A DNA stretch of 64,000 nucleotides from Octopus sinensis (GCF_006345805.1 NC_043004.1:28892001-28956000); one strand, 5' to 3'; numbered from the stretch's first letter, positions 36,797 to 50,200 are shown. A program made the numbers and translations. The notes: generated by a model from the letters alone, not told the origin.

Positions 36797-36969
36797 ACAC
36801 ACAAATATATACACTGAGAATCGATCGAGTTGTCGGAAATATCTGCTAGAAATGTGCATTAAATCAAACTCACTGATGAAAAAAGCCAACAAAAAAAAAG
36901 CAACCAAAAGTATCCCCCTTAAACAAGAAACTACATATTAGCCAAAGGCTACAAATACATACATACACA

Positions 36970-37008
<39 letters not shown>

Positions 37009-37220
37009 TTACATACATATACATATTCATATACATACAGATATATACATTACATAGACATACATACAATCTACACACACATACACACATAAATACACTA
37101 ATTAACTGTTTAACTAATTACTAAATAGATATGTTAATGACAGGCAATGGTAAAACCTGATGATGAGAATATAACAAATATAAAAAAAAATTAGTTTTCA
37201 TTGTTGTTGTAAAAGTTAAA

Positions 37221-37694
37221 CACGTGACAAGGTTAACCAATCAGAACGTTATTTGAGTGTCGTCTGCTTTATTCAGTTCATTGCTTTTCTCTAACAGACG
37301 CTACGCTTTTAGGACGAGAGACGCTGAATATTGATTCCGCTGCCGCCGCCGCCTTATGAAAGATACTAATATTTGTTATAGTCATCGTTTGCACGCCAGG
37401 TAAAGTGTTAAGAGGCATTTAGTCCGTCTTTACGTTCTGAGTTTAAATTCCACTGAGGTCGACTTTGCCTGTCACCCTTCGGATCCGATAAAATAAGTAG
37501 CAGTCAAGTGCTGGGGGGGTCGATCTAATCGCCTCCGCATCTTATTTTTTAATACTTAGGCATCAAAGTATCTTGACACTTATTTGTGTCCTCACTGAAT
37601 GTTCTGAGAATGTTTTTATAAAGATGATATTTAAAATTTTTTTCGAGAATTAGGCAACATTATAGAGAAGATACTTCGAAGAAATCAGGTATTT
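37221..37694 (+). promoter_or_regulatory. Promoter/first-exon-like module, copy B (SINE-interrupted)
   Basis: CACGTGAC-N8-CCAATCAG-N10-GAGTGTCGTCTGCT; SINE fragment at about 37395-37530; CTTCGAAGAAATCAG|GTATTT at 37688/37689; partial duplicate at 37853-37940. Confidence 0.5.
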
Positions 37695-38174
37695 ATTATA
37701 TTGTTGTGTAGTATATTTTATTAACACTGGCAACTAATGCCGTAATAGTTTTCTAAATTATTGCATAGCTGATAGTGTATATGTATTTACAGAGATTTGG
37801 GCTATATATAAAATAAATAGATAGAGAGATGATGGATAGATAGGTGGACGGACGTTATTTGAGTGTCGTCTGCTTTATTCAGTTCATTGCTTTTCTCTAA
37901 CAGACGCTACACTTGTAGGACGAGAGACGCTGAATATTGATAGAGAGATGATGGATAGATAGGTGGGTGGTTTGGAAGACGAATAGGTATTAACTTTCTA
38001 AGACTATTATGATTTAAATGCAGGAGGGGACTTTCTGTTTGACTTCAACTTTCCAATTCTTTCAATTTTGTTCCAATTGATTTCAAAGTTGGTGTATTGA
38101 TATAGTTTTGGGGGATGCACTTTTCAGGAGAGGTGCGATTCTGCATTAGCCCCATATATATATATATATAATAT

Positions 38175-38233
<59 letters not shown>

Positions 38234-38399
38234 TCTTCATATATGTATGTATTATAAGTATGTATATTTTCGTGTATGTGTTTGTGTGTGTATATATATA
38301 TATATACACACATGCAGCCGAGTCAATATGTTGTTAAATGTGTGTGTGTATGTGTGTGTGTGTGTGTGTGTGTGAGTGTGTATGTGTATGTGCGAGTGT

Positions 38400-38444
<45 letters not shown>

Positions 38445-38479
38445 TGTGTGTGTGTGTGTGTATGTATGTGTGTGTGTGT

Positions 38480-38535
<56 letters not shown>

Positions 38536-38980
38536 ATACGCAGAACACAATACAACTGTATGTTAATATATATATTATCCCAATAACAATTCACTAAGTA
38601 ATGTGGGAATGTTTTGGGTATCAATCGAGTTGCTAGAAACGACAGCCAAATATCTACAAAATCAAATCCCGCTGTCTTTAGAAAACTAAACAAACGAAAC
38701 AACCCATTCGATAAAGAAATTTGAAAATAGACAAGACAGTCTCAGATGAAATGTCTCTGATAATATGTTTGATTAGAAGCCGATAGCTAAACCACCCTCG
38801 TAACAATCAACCATATTGTCATATAATATTGGTTCTTTTTTAAAATTGATTTAATAGTTAAATAATTATTACTTAGTAAACATGTTAATTCTGTACCATT
38901 TTAACCCATATTGGAGAGAATCTAACAATTTTCCAAAAATTATCGGCTGTTTTCTTTTTGTCCTTTTTGTAAGAGTTAAT

Positions 38981-39235
38981 CATGTGACATGATCAACCAA
39001 TCAGAGCTCCACATGAGTGTCGTCTGCTTTATTCCGTTCAATTCTTTACCTTTCAGTAGAGTTGAAATGCAATGTCTAGAATCTTCCCCGATTGAAGTAA
39101 AGTCACCTTTAGCAGTAGTCATGGTTTTATCACCTCATAATACTACTTCAAAATATATTAACTCATCGCCTTACGGAATGTTTTGATTGTGCAGCAGAAC
39201 GCTTGGGAAGTTTCTTCGAAAGAAAATAGGTATTG
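38981..39235 (+). promoter_or_regulatory. Promoter/first-exon-like module, copy C
   Basis: CATGTGAC-N8-CCAATCAG-N10-GAGTGTCGTCTGCT; CTTCGAAAGAAAATAG|GTATTG at 39229/39230. Confidence 0.5.
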
Positions 39236-39509
39236 TGAATCATCTAACTTATATATAATTATGCATAATGGTTTTGTTCAATATTGTGTTTCGTTACAAA
39301 AAATGTAAATAATTAAAAAAAATTAATACTTGTTTTATATATGCATTTATAAATGTATTTATAAATACATGCATGCATGTATGCACGTAAATGTATACAT
39401 ATATGCATGCACACAAATATGTACATATCTGCGTGTGTGTGAGTGTGCGCACATACATATGTATGCATATATGTATACACACACATATATACGTATATCT
39501 ATCTAACTA

Positions 39510-39554
<45 letters not shown>

Positions 39555-39597
39555 ATCTATCTATCTATCTATCTATCGATCTATCTATCTATCCATC

Positions 39598-39628
<31 letters not shown>

Positions 39629-39634
39629 ATATAT

Positions 39635-39674
<40 letters not shown>

Positions 39675-39927
39675 TATATATATTATATTATATATATATA
39701 TATATATATATAAATATATATATATAGCAAAAATTAGATTCAGATGAATTAGGTACTTAAGTTCAGGCACCAGAATTTAGTACTGTATTATCCAGAAATT
39801 ATCCAGACAGCCTGCCTGCCTGTATGTATGTATGTATGTATGTATGTATGTATGCATGCATGTAGATAGATGCATGCATGCAGATAGATGTGTGTGCGTG
39901 TGTGTTTGTGTATGTGTGAGTGTGTGT

Positions 39928-40283
39928 GGAGGCACAATGACCCAGTAGGATCGCGGTTTCGATTCCCAGGCCGGGCGTTGTGAGTATTTATTGAGCGAAA
40001 ACACCTAAAGCTCCACGTGGCTCCGGCAGAGGGTGGTGGCGAACCTTGCCGTACTCTTTCACCACAACTTTCTCTCACTCTTTCTTCCTGCTTCTCTTGT
40101 ACCTGTATTTCAAAGGGCCAGCCTTGTCACACTCTGTGTCACGCTGAGTCTCTCCGAGAACTACGTTAATGGCACACGTGTCTGTGGAGAGGTGCTCAGC
40201 CAATTGCACGGTAATTGCATGAGCAAGCTATTCCGTTGATCGGATCAACTGGAACCGTCATCGTCATAACCGACGGAGTACCA
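39928..40283 (+). mobile_element. tRNA-derived SINE
   Basis: Head GGAGGCACAATGACCCAGTAGG...GGTTTCGATTCCCAGG; body to CCGACGGAGTACC. Confidence 0.75.
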
Positions 40284-40293
40284 TGATATATAT

Positions 40294-40338
<45 letters not shown>

Positions 40339-40811
40339 GTGTGTGTGTGTGTGTGGTGGTGTGTGTGTGTGTGTGTGTGTATGTGTGTGTGTGTGTGTTT
40401 GTTACGTATATATGAGTATATCAAAATTTTCCGAACGTGAAACTCTGAGTAGCAGTTTTTTGTGATGTTTTGCAGCTTTAATAATAAAGTATATATATAT
40501 ATATGTCACAACGACCTCGAATACACAATTGCAAACAAGGGAGTCAGAGAAAGGCAGAATGCCACCTATATCTGAACACTACTATGGAAGTATTCCTTTA
40601 AAAAAACTTTTCTTCTAATTTTTCTAAATTTAATTATTTAATCGTTACAGTTGAAAAGGTCTCAAAATGACCGAAACCGGTACTGAAAGATTCACTATAA
40701 AATCATCTTAGCATTTTCTATTTTTGACTTGTTTTTTCATATGTATCAACTCGTGTGTTCCTTTCCACCCTTATACATATATATATATATATATATATAT
40801 ATCGAGAGAGA

Positions 40812-40877
<66 letters not shown>

Positions 40878-41040
40878 GGATAGAGCGATAGAGAGAGAGA
40901 GAGAGAGATACATACATAAAGACAAACAGAAAAACAGACATACAGACGAGGTTTAAGGACGGCATAATGACTATCATGAAGTCACTTGGAATGAATCCAG
41001 AGAACATAGAAACCCTTGCTTCGGATCGTATATATATATA

Positions 41041-41073
<33 letters not shown>

Positions 41074-41082
41074 CTATATATA

Positions 41083-41124
<42 letters not shown>

Positions 41125-41588
41125 TTGTGTATGTGTGTGTGTGTTTGTTGTTACGTATATATGAGTATATCAAAATTTTCCGAACGTGAAACTCTGAGTA
41201 GCAGAGTTTTTTGTGATGTTTTGCAGCTTTAATAATAAAGTATATATATATATATGTCACAACGACCTCGAATACACAATTGCAAACAAGGGAGTCAGAG
41301 AAAGGCAGAATGCCACCTATATCTGAACACTACTATGGAAGTATTCCTTTAAAAAAACTTTTCTTCTAATTTTTCTAAATTTAATTATTTAATCGTTACA
41401 GTTGAAAAGGTCTCAAAATGACCGAACCCGGTACTGAAGATTCACTATAAAATCATCTTAGCATTTTCTTTTGACTTGTTTTTTCATATGTATCAACTCG
41501 TGTGTTCCTTTCCACCCTTATACATATATATATATATATATATATATATCGAGAGAGAGAGGGAGAGAGAGAGAGAGAGAGAGAGAGG

Positions 41589-41627
<39 letters not shown>

Positions 41628-41775
41628 GGATAGAGCGATAGAGAGAGAGAGAGAGAGAATAATACATAAAGACAAACAGAAAAACAGACATACCAGACGA
41701 GGTTTAAGGACGGCATAATGACTATCATGAAGTCACTTGGAATGAATCCAGAGAACATAGAAACCCTTGCTTCGG

Positions 41776-41779
<4 letters not shown>
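40283..41779 (+). repeat. Near-identical tandem duplication of about 750 bp (40283-41028, 41029-41779)
   Basis: Each unit holds microsatellites, a 240-bp PLE 3' repeat with hammerhead (40648-40685; 41398-41436), (GA)n and an 82-nt RTE piece; units differ mostly by 1-2 bp indels. Confidence 0.92.
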
Positions 41780-41824
<45 letters not shown>

Positions 41825-42714
41825 TGAATGTTTTTATATATAATGAACGTGAAATACAGGAAGGGACGAACACGGAACACAGACAAATCATTCGAAGCCT
41901 TCAATCTCAGTCAGACACCGAATCATCATAGCAAATTTCGGCTGTTCAATTCTGATATTTGCTCCAACTCGGCCAGCCCCAAGAAAAAAAACTAAGCTGT
42001 AAGCATTAGATTTCTTGGTAGAAGACAGGAATGTGAACGCACAAGACGGATGTGAATACAAGAGACGAAAACGAAAATGAAAACAGTAATGAATAAACAC
42101 AATATATTATAACGGTGGTTGTCATACGACTTTAGACCAAATGAGACAAAAACAACAACAACAACATAGCTGGCGTAGAAATAATTACCGTTTCGGTAGC
42201 GGGGACACATGTTGGTCGAGATACGAAGGCCAACAGAATGGTTGTACATATATATATTATATATATACATATATATACATGCATACATATATACATAGAT
42301 TGATAGATAGATAGATAGATACATGCATTCATACATACATACATGCATACATACATACATACATACATACATACATACATACATACATACATACATACAT
42401 ACATACATACGGATATTAATATATATACGCATACTGAATTTTATAGACAAACGACTACCATTTACACACGTATAGTTTGTACATCATGTCCCAATCGACA
42501 AACCAACGCAGCTGTATCTCTGAGCTACTGGAAATAACAACTAAATACCCATTAAATCAAACCCTGCTGTCAAAAGATGAAAAACAGTGAAGATAAAAGA
42601 AAAAAGAAAGAAAACAGATTGAAAAGAGAATGGAACGACTCTTTCGGACATTATTGTGTGAAAATGAGATGTGGTTGTCACAGAAAGAATGTTTCTAATA
42701 ATCATTTCTACTGT

Positions 42715-43045
42715 AGGCACAAGGCCTGAAATTTTGAGTGAGGGGAAAGTTGATTACATCGAATCCAGTTCTTAGTACTTATCTTATCGACCTCGAAAAG
42801 ATGAAAGGTAAAAATCAACCTCGGCGGAATTTGAACTCAGAATGTAAAGTTGGGTGAAATGCTGCTTAGCAATTGCTGGAGAAGGGAGCAAGTCGATTAC
42901 ATCTGACAATTATTTTATTGATCCCCGAAAGGATGCAAAGTAAAGTCGACGTCGGCGGAATTTGAACTTAGAAAGTAAAGACGAACGAAATATCGCCAAG
43001 TATTTTGCCTGGCGTGCTAACGATTGTCAGTTTGTCGCCTTAAGA
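42715..43045 (-). mobile_element. tRNA-derived SINE (GGGGTCGATAAA family), partly dimeric
   Basis: Two repeats of CGACCTCG/TCGGCGGAATTTGAACT; homologous to 49800-50200. Confidence 0.75.
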
Positions 43046-43109
43046 ATGTTTCTAATAGCAAGTCTGATCATGTTGTCCGCAACTTTTTTTGTTTTTTGTA
43101 AAAGTCAAT

Positions 43110-43425
43110 CATATGACAGTATCAACTAATAAGAGCTTTACTTAAGTGTCGTCTGCTCTATTCAATCCTTCTTTCTTTCTCTAATGGAGTGGAGGTGTAA
43201 TGGCTGTAGATTGAAAAACTATAAATAGTAGTGATTGTTTTATCATTACATACTATTACTCGTGGTTAGTCCTTTCTTCGTTCGGAGATGAAAATATATT
43301 AAGCATTTGACTTGTTCTCGTATTTAATGCTTTCATAGAATTTTTGTCAAGATTTTCCTAGTAAAAGATTCAACAATTTTGCAGAATTCTAGAGATTATT
43401 CTTCGAAAGATACAGAAATTTATCT
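43110..43425 (+). promoter_or_regulatory. Promoter/first-exon-like module, copy D (decayed)
   Basis: CATATGAC-N8-CTAATAAG-N10-AAGTGTCGTCTGCT; CTTCGAAAGATACAG without the GT donor. Confidence 0.4.
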
Positions 43426-43460
43426 TAGAGTTGTTTAGTCTCAGATATTATATATATATG

Positions 43461-43512
<52 letters not shown>

Positions 43513-43532
43513 GAATATGTAATTTTGATGTA

Positions 43533-44310
43533 TGTGGTCTGATCAGTAAGTATCCGGACTTTTGCCACAGTAACGAAGTTAAAGGACACAGAATGAAGCC
43601 GCTTGGGATAGATTGACCTCGAACTTTGCTGTATATGCGCACTAAGTTTTAACATTCTAGATTACTTTTACTGCTTGCAGGAGTGCTTGGAAAGATGATG
43701 TGTAACGTGTGATTGTTGACCATGACAGAGAAAGCTGAGTAGAGAATCTCCATAAAATTTTGCCAAATTCTGCTCAGAGGCCTACGCAAAGTTTTAGAAA
43801 TGTTTTCATCGTTCACGACACGACCATGGAGATCTTGTGCAACTGAAACCGGAGTGTCTTTTTGGCCAGCTGAAAGCAGTTTTGGTACAAACTTGGCAGA
43901 CATGCGTCTCATACCCAAATCTTCAGTGATAATGGACTGAACTGAACCGTAACTAATCTGCACATCCTCTGATAACTCAGGGCAATTCGACGAGTTCTCC
44001 TCATAGCTGCACGCAAATCTGCGATGTTTTCCTCTGTTCGGCTGATTGCGGGTCTCCTAGAACGTTCGTCAATATCGGCATTTTTTCAGCCATCTTCGAA
44101 ACGTTTGAACCACTTGTGTGCGGCTCTTTCGCTCCTCTCCATACACTCTCTGAAACTTTGTATAGGCTTCTGAGCAGGTATCACCATGACAAATTTCTCT
44201 GTGATGGTCAATGCGATGATACGCACTTCCCTTCCAAGCACTGCTGTAAACAGCTAGAACGTTAAAACTTAGTGCACAGGCAGAGCAGAGTTCAAGATCA
44301 AACTTTACCA
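43533..44310. mobile_element. Two mariner 5' ends in opposite orientation
   Basis: Plus: TA|TGTGGTCTGATCAGTAAGTATCCGGAC...GCACTAAGTTTTAACATTCTAG. Minus: GCACTAAGTTTTAACGTTCTAG...GMRRMSAKFVPKLLS (43649-43963). Confidence 0.7.
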
Positions 44311-44364
<54 letters not shown>

Positions 44365-44511
44365 ACACACACACACTCACTCACTCGCACACAAAGCAAA
44401 AGAAAGCCATTAAACAGACTGGCTTTCTTACAGGTTCAAATGCACCTCAAACATATTTGAACTGGTAACAAGTTTATATTTATGCACATCCCTGCTTAGG
44501 GTTGCCACCCC

Positions 44512-44598
<87 letters not shown>

Positions 44599-44599
44599 T

Positions 44600-44912
44600 A
44601 ACACCGTGATCACCGTGACCGACCAGGCTATCAGATGTTGTTACACATCGCTGGTCACAATGCACTTCGCATTGTTTTAGCCTTCAAATCTTTAAATGAC
44701 GCCACCCCGCTAGCTAAGCGAGCAGGCCAACAGAAGAAAAAGTGAAAGTTGTGGCGAAAGAGTACAGCAGAGATCGCCACCCACCCCTGCCGAAGCCTCG
44801 TGGAGCTTTAGGTGCTTTCGCTCAATAAACACTCACAACGCCCGATCTGGGAATCGAAACCGCGATCCTACAACCGCGAGTCCGCTGCCCTAACCACTGG
44901 GCCATTGCACCT

Positions 44913-44915
<3 letters not shown>
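44600..44915 (-). mobile_element. tRNA-derived SINE
   Basis: Homologous to 15180-15490. Confidence 0.75.
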
Positions 44916-44958
<43 letters not shown>

Positions 44959-44989
44959 TTCACAAAGAAATATAAAATAGTAAACAAAA

Positions 44990-45480
44990 GTGTACTTAGA
45001 ACAATTAATTTAGAAGTCAAAAGGATTATGTCTGACTTCCGTATTGATGATAGAACTGAACCATTTATTCCTATTAGACCTAGGATATATAAATCATCTA
45101 ATAATAAACTGTTAAGTGGTAATAATAATAAACTCGAAATAAATAAATATCAGCCGCCAGATAGCAAAAAATATAGAAAAAACTAATATTAAAATATCTT
45201 ATAAACATAATAAAAATAAGCAACTGCTAAATAATTATGATTATTCTTATAACGACAAACATGTAAATAATAGATCGGATGATAATAATAAATCGATAAC
45301 TCCCTTGAATACTCATACCATTGATTATCTACGTAATACCCGTAATATAACATCTATCCCTTCCATAAATTATGCTAAATCAAAAATAGATCATAAACTC
45401 TCTAAAAATAATTATATCTATAAAAAATATTTGAGATAACTACTGTTGATTATACCGCTTATGATACAATATATTCGTCT
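44990..45480 (+). pseudogene. Possible degraded PLE RT relic of a second lineage
   Basis: RTINLEVKRIMSDFRIDDRTE and ...NIKISYKHNKNKQLL resemble conserved blocks of marine-invertebrate PLEs (from memory); heavily decayed. Confidence 0.35.
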
Positions 45481-45599
45481 TTATTACCTTAAATTAACAA
45501 CTAAAGTTCTAACAATATCCTAAAAAAGAATTAATAATAATTATTAAATATTTTACTGAGATTAACTTAATGGACACGTATGGAATAGATTTTATAGCT

Positions 45600-46590
45600 A
45601 TTTCTTTTGAAGCCTCCGTTGGATTTGCAGACCTTATGGCACACATGGCATTGAAAGGTGTGCACAGATATATAGACAGAATGGTTGGTGGAGGTTCGTT
45701 TTCATGGGTCCGCAAATGAGATTTGAGCCCAGCAAAAAGAAAAAAAGGCATGGTCTGTCACAAACTGTGCACACAAAAAGGTCATAGTGATTCACTTTCT
45801 CGATCGTAACATTTTTCTTTAAATCTCTCTTGAGTCTTGCATGCGTTATCCTGGCCTCTTCAAACGCTTTCACTCCACTCCACACTTTTGTTCGCCATCC
45901 AGCTCGATCCGAAGCAAGGGTTTCTATGTTCTCTGGATTCATTCCAAGTGATTCGTGATAGTCATTATGCCGTCCTTAAACCTCGTTTAAGATTTACACC
46001 GATAGCATTTCCCCTCTGCAGGCTCACCATAAAACAGCTGTTTGGCGTGCATTCAACTGCCATTCGAACAATATGGCCAGACCATTTCATTTGGTTTTTC
46101 AGAATTATTGCTTTAGTTGAAGTGATGCCTGCAGACGCAAGGACATTTGTAGTTGGAGTAAAAAAACTCCATTTAATGTTTAAAATGCGATGAAGGCATT
46201 TATGGTGGAATTGTTTTAACAATTTGAAATGTCCTTCATAACATGTCCATGTTTCAGAATACAACTGGGATGTTAAGACAAACGATTTGTAAAGAGCCAA
46301 TTTTGTGTCGTTATTTAGATGTCGCTGGCGCCAAACGCGTGATTCCAGACCACCAAATGCTTGTATTGCCCTTTGAATTCGTAGATGTATTTCTGTGTCT
46401 AGATTTCCATCATTTTGTTCTGAGCTTCTAAGGTAGATGAAAGAATCAACAACCTCAAGTAACTTACCCATAAGAAAAATTGTAGTGTGGTTGCAAACAG
46501 CACTACATGCAGATTGATACATTATAACTGTTTTTTTCAAGTTGATGGTCAAGCCATCAAATGCAGATGCAAGAGATTGCATCTATATAT
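45600..46590 (-). mobile_element. RTE (BovB-like) LINE 3' relic
   Basis: GLTINLKKTVIMYQ, FIYL, EIHLRIQRA, QFHHKCLHRILNIKW, MKWSGHIVRM; C-terminal CTVCDRPC...GLKSHLRTH. Confidence 0.85.
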
Positions 46591-46850
46591 ATATATATAT
46601 ATATATGTAATGATATATACATATTTACACATATTTGTTGGATGGCCGTTGACTGCTCATGAGTTCCTCCGCCCTTTGATGGGTCTTATTTTTCATCACG
46701 CAGGATGTCCAATATCACCCTCCTCACCAAGCAAGCCTGGTGGGGTTGCCAGTTTAGTCGCCAACGACCCGACCAGGTAATAGGTTGTACTGGATTACAT
46801 GTTACCAGTAGTAATCAATAGTGACCTGATACACACACACACGCACACGC

Positions 46851-46889
<39 letters not shown>

Positions 46890-46890
<1 letters not shown>

Positions 46891-47290
46891 GGAACTCTTG
46901 TGAAGTGATTCCTTTTAAAAACTCCATCATATTTTTCTTCACCTCGTCCACATCTGAAAATTCTGTGATACCAGTTTTCGTCTCCAGTGATGACCCCCGA
47001 AAAAAGGTCCGGATCAACTTTCAACTGTTCTTTCAGTTCGCGACTCGCATTCAGTCGTGATTGCTTTTGATCTTTCGTGAGCAGGCGAGTCACAAATTTT
47101 GTTGCAACTATTTTCATTTGCAAGTCCTCGCTTAAAATTCGCTGGCTCTAGGATACACCAGTCATATCAACAAGTTCATCATTTGTTCGGTGACGGTCAT
47201 CCAAGAACAGTTCATGAATTTTCATGATGCTTACAGTCGCTCGGGAGGTCGAAAGTCGCCCTGAACGAGGTTGGTCTTCAAGTGACAAGT
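46890..47290 (-). mobile_element. Mariner transposase relic
   Basis: KIVATKFVTRLLTKDQKQSRL...VITGDENWYH. Confidence 0.7.
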
Positions 47291-47630
47291 GACAATTTCT
47301 AAAGCGTGAAAATCATTCGTAAACTTGTGTTTTGCTCATGGCTGTGTCCATTCTCCATTCTGTCTTTAGTCGTCAGGTTGCGTAGCTTGGTGAAATGGGA
47401 TTTGTTATTCCTCCATTCACGTTTTCTGTTGAGGTTCGGTTTATCTTCTGTGTGTGGCCTCCATAATATGTCTGATTGTGGTGTCTGTTCTATGTGACGA
47501 TAAAATCCTAACGTGTATGTTGTCAATCGAGCTTCCATGTTTTATTTGATCATATTGGTAGAGCACTGGCAAGCTTTTCTCCTTCTTGAGCTCCCTACGA
47601 TGCACCGTTTTAGAGCCTTTCGTTGCTAAA
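47290..47630 (-). pseudogene. Possible PLE endonuclease C-terminal relic
   Basis: VHRRELKK...RILSSHRTDTTIRHIMEA.../EDKPNLNRKREW fits the R..LEA..I...P.LN ending of PLE GIY-YIG domains. Confidence 0.35.
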
Positions 47631-47664
47631 CACACATACATAACCACATACACTCGCATCGACA

Positions 47665-47726
<62 letters not shown>

Positions 47727-48419
47727 ATATGTGTGCATTGGAACGAAAGCGAATAACTGTATCCTTAGGCGTGGCTATTTTGCATGAAATTTGCTTCCCA
47801 ACCACGTTTCTGGGATCAGTTCCACAGCATGGTGCTTTGTTCTATTATAACCCCGTGTGAGTGGATTTGGTAGACGGAAATTGACTGAAGCCCTTCGTAT
47901 ATGTATGACGAGTTTGTCAGTATGAGTGTATTTGTGTATGTGTTTGCCCCCCCCACCACCATCACAGACTGGTTTGTTTTTATCCCCGTAATTTAACGGT
48001 TCAGCAAAAAGGGCCGATAGAATAAACGCTAGGTTCAAAAAATAAGTAATGGGGTCGATTTGTTCGACTAGACTCTTTCAGACGATGCCAGGGACCAGGG
48101 ATTAATATATTTCTTAAGGAAAAAGTAAAATACAATCCTTGGTTGTGCAAACGTATGGTTAAAAACATAGTTATATCTATGGTTACATGGTCCAATAAGT
48201 TAAGATACTAGGGTGTGATTTGAGAGCATTTGATTGCGCTTCCTTGAAGATTGAGCTTTTACACACACTCTGTTGCGTTGCTTTGTTAGGTAAAATGTTG
48301 GTACCAGGTGTATACATTATTACAGCCTACTTACTACTCGTTTACAACACTGAAATGCTTCATTTCTATGTAAATGAAGTCTTTAATACTGATTTTAAAT
48401 CTTGGTACAAGAACAGCAA

Positions 48420-49190
48420 ATTAGGGGAAGTGGGTGAGTCAGTTACATCAACCCAAGTTTTCAAACCGGTACTTATTTTATCGACCTGGAAAGAATGAAA
48501 GGCAAGTTCGACCTCAACGGAATTTGAACTCAGAAGGTAATGACAGGAGAACCACTGCTAAGCAGTTTGTACAGTGTGCTAACGATTTTGCCAGCCCACC
48601 GCCTTAACATATCTTAATTTTATTGTCTTCTTGCCTTAACATATATATTAAGACTGGTTTCAAATTTTGGCACAAGGCTAGCAATTTTATGGGCAGAGGT
48701 AAGTCGATTACATCGATCCCAATGTTCATCTTGAAGGGATGAAAGGCAAAGTTAACATCGGTGAAATTTGAAATCAAAACGTAACGTTGGACGAAAAGCC
48801 GCTAAGCATTTTACCCGGCGTGCTAACGATTTGCCAGCTCGCCGCCTTAATGAAGGCATTAACATGTTTTCATATTAAGTATCAATTGAGTACCGGGTCG
48901 ATGTATTCGACTTACCCGCTCCCCTGAAGTTACTAGCTTTGCGCTAAAATTTGAAATCAATGTTAACATCTTCATTAAAGTGGCGAGCTGGCAGAATCAT
49001 TACCATGATTCTGCTTAGAGGCATTTCTTCTATCTTTACGTTCTGATTTCAAATTCCATAGAGATAGACTTTACTTTTCATCTTTTTGGGTCGATAAAAT
49101 AAGTATCAGCTGAGCACCGGGGTCGATGTAATCGACTTATTCCCACCTCACGAAACTACTAGCCTTGTGCCAAAATTTGAATTCAGTATT
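48420..49190. mobile_element. Cluster of four SINE copies (GGGGTCGATAAA family) in both orientations
   Basis: Minus copies at 48420-48610 and 48650-48850; plus copies at 48860-48960 and 48980-49190. Confidence 0.75.
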
Positions 49191-49799
49191 AACATTTGTT
49201 AAGTGCTGGTTGTTTGTTATCCTAGATTTAGGAAAATATCCTCCACTGTAAAGAAATGGGGGTTGACGAGAAAGCTTCAACCTAACCATCTGACCTGTAA
49301 GAAATGGCAGTCAATTCACTCTTTGGACACACCTTAACTTCTTAAATAAGTACTTATTGTACTTTGCTACCTATGGTGTTCTATACTTGAAATTAAGTCA
49401 TGCCTATGATCATAAATCTGCTCGTTTAGGGCAGACATAAATACTAACAAATAGCAAGAATAACTACCCGCTTAGTGACAATTAGGGAGTTTCAAACTTG
49501 TTACTCGACAAGAAATAACAGTCAAATTTTCCTCAAATCATACTTCTTTTAGAATATGTCGAATACATGACATAATTTGATTCTACATGCCATAATCTAT
49601 CTAAATGTAACAAGTAGAAAATATTGTAGAAAATATTGGTAAATAAGCTGACATTTTATACCAAGGCAGATTTTTCATTAAAAACTACTGTATCAGAAAT
49701 TATACTTAAACTATGATTTGTTTTGTTTGTTTGGACATTTACTATTGTATAATATATGGATAGAACAATTGTTTAGACACTAAGTCCATATGGCATGGT

Positions 49800-50200
49800 C
49801 GCAAGGCGGCGAGCTGGTAGAAACGTTAGCACGCCGGGCGAAATGCTTAGTGGTATTTCGTCTGCGGTTATGTTCTGAGTTCAAATTCCGCCGAGGTCGA
49901 CTTTGCCTTTCATCCTTTCGAGGTCGATTAAATAAATATCAATTACACACTGGGGTCGATGTAATCGACTTAATCCGTTTGTCTGTCCTTGTTTGTCCCC
50001 TCTGTGTTTAACCCCTTGTGGGTAGTAAAGAAATAGGTATTTCGTCTGTCTTTACGTTCTGAATTCAAATTCCACCGAGGTCGATTTTGCCTTTCATCCT
50101 TTCGGGGTCGATAAATTAAGCGCCAGTCACGTATTGGGGTCGATCTAATCGACTGGCTCCCTCCCCCACAATTTCGGGACTTGTGCCTAGTGTAGAAAAG
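49800..50200 (+). mobile_element. Dimeric tRNA-derived SINE
   Basis: GGCGAGCTGGTAGAAACGTTAGC...GAGTTCAAATTCC head; tail ...GTAAAGAAATAGGTATT runs directly into TCGTCTGTCTTTACGTTCTG, a restart inside the head. Confidence 0.8.
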
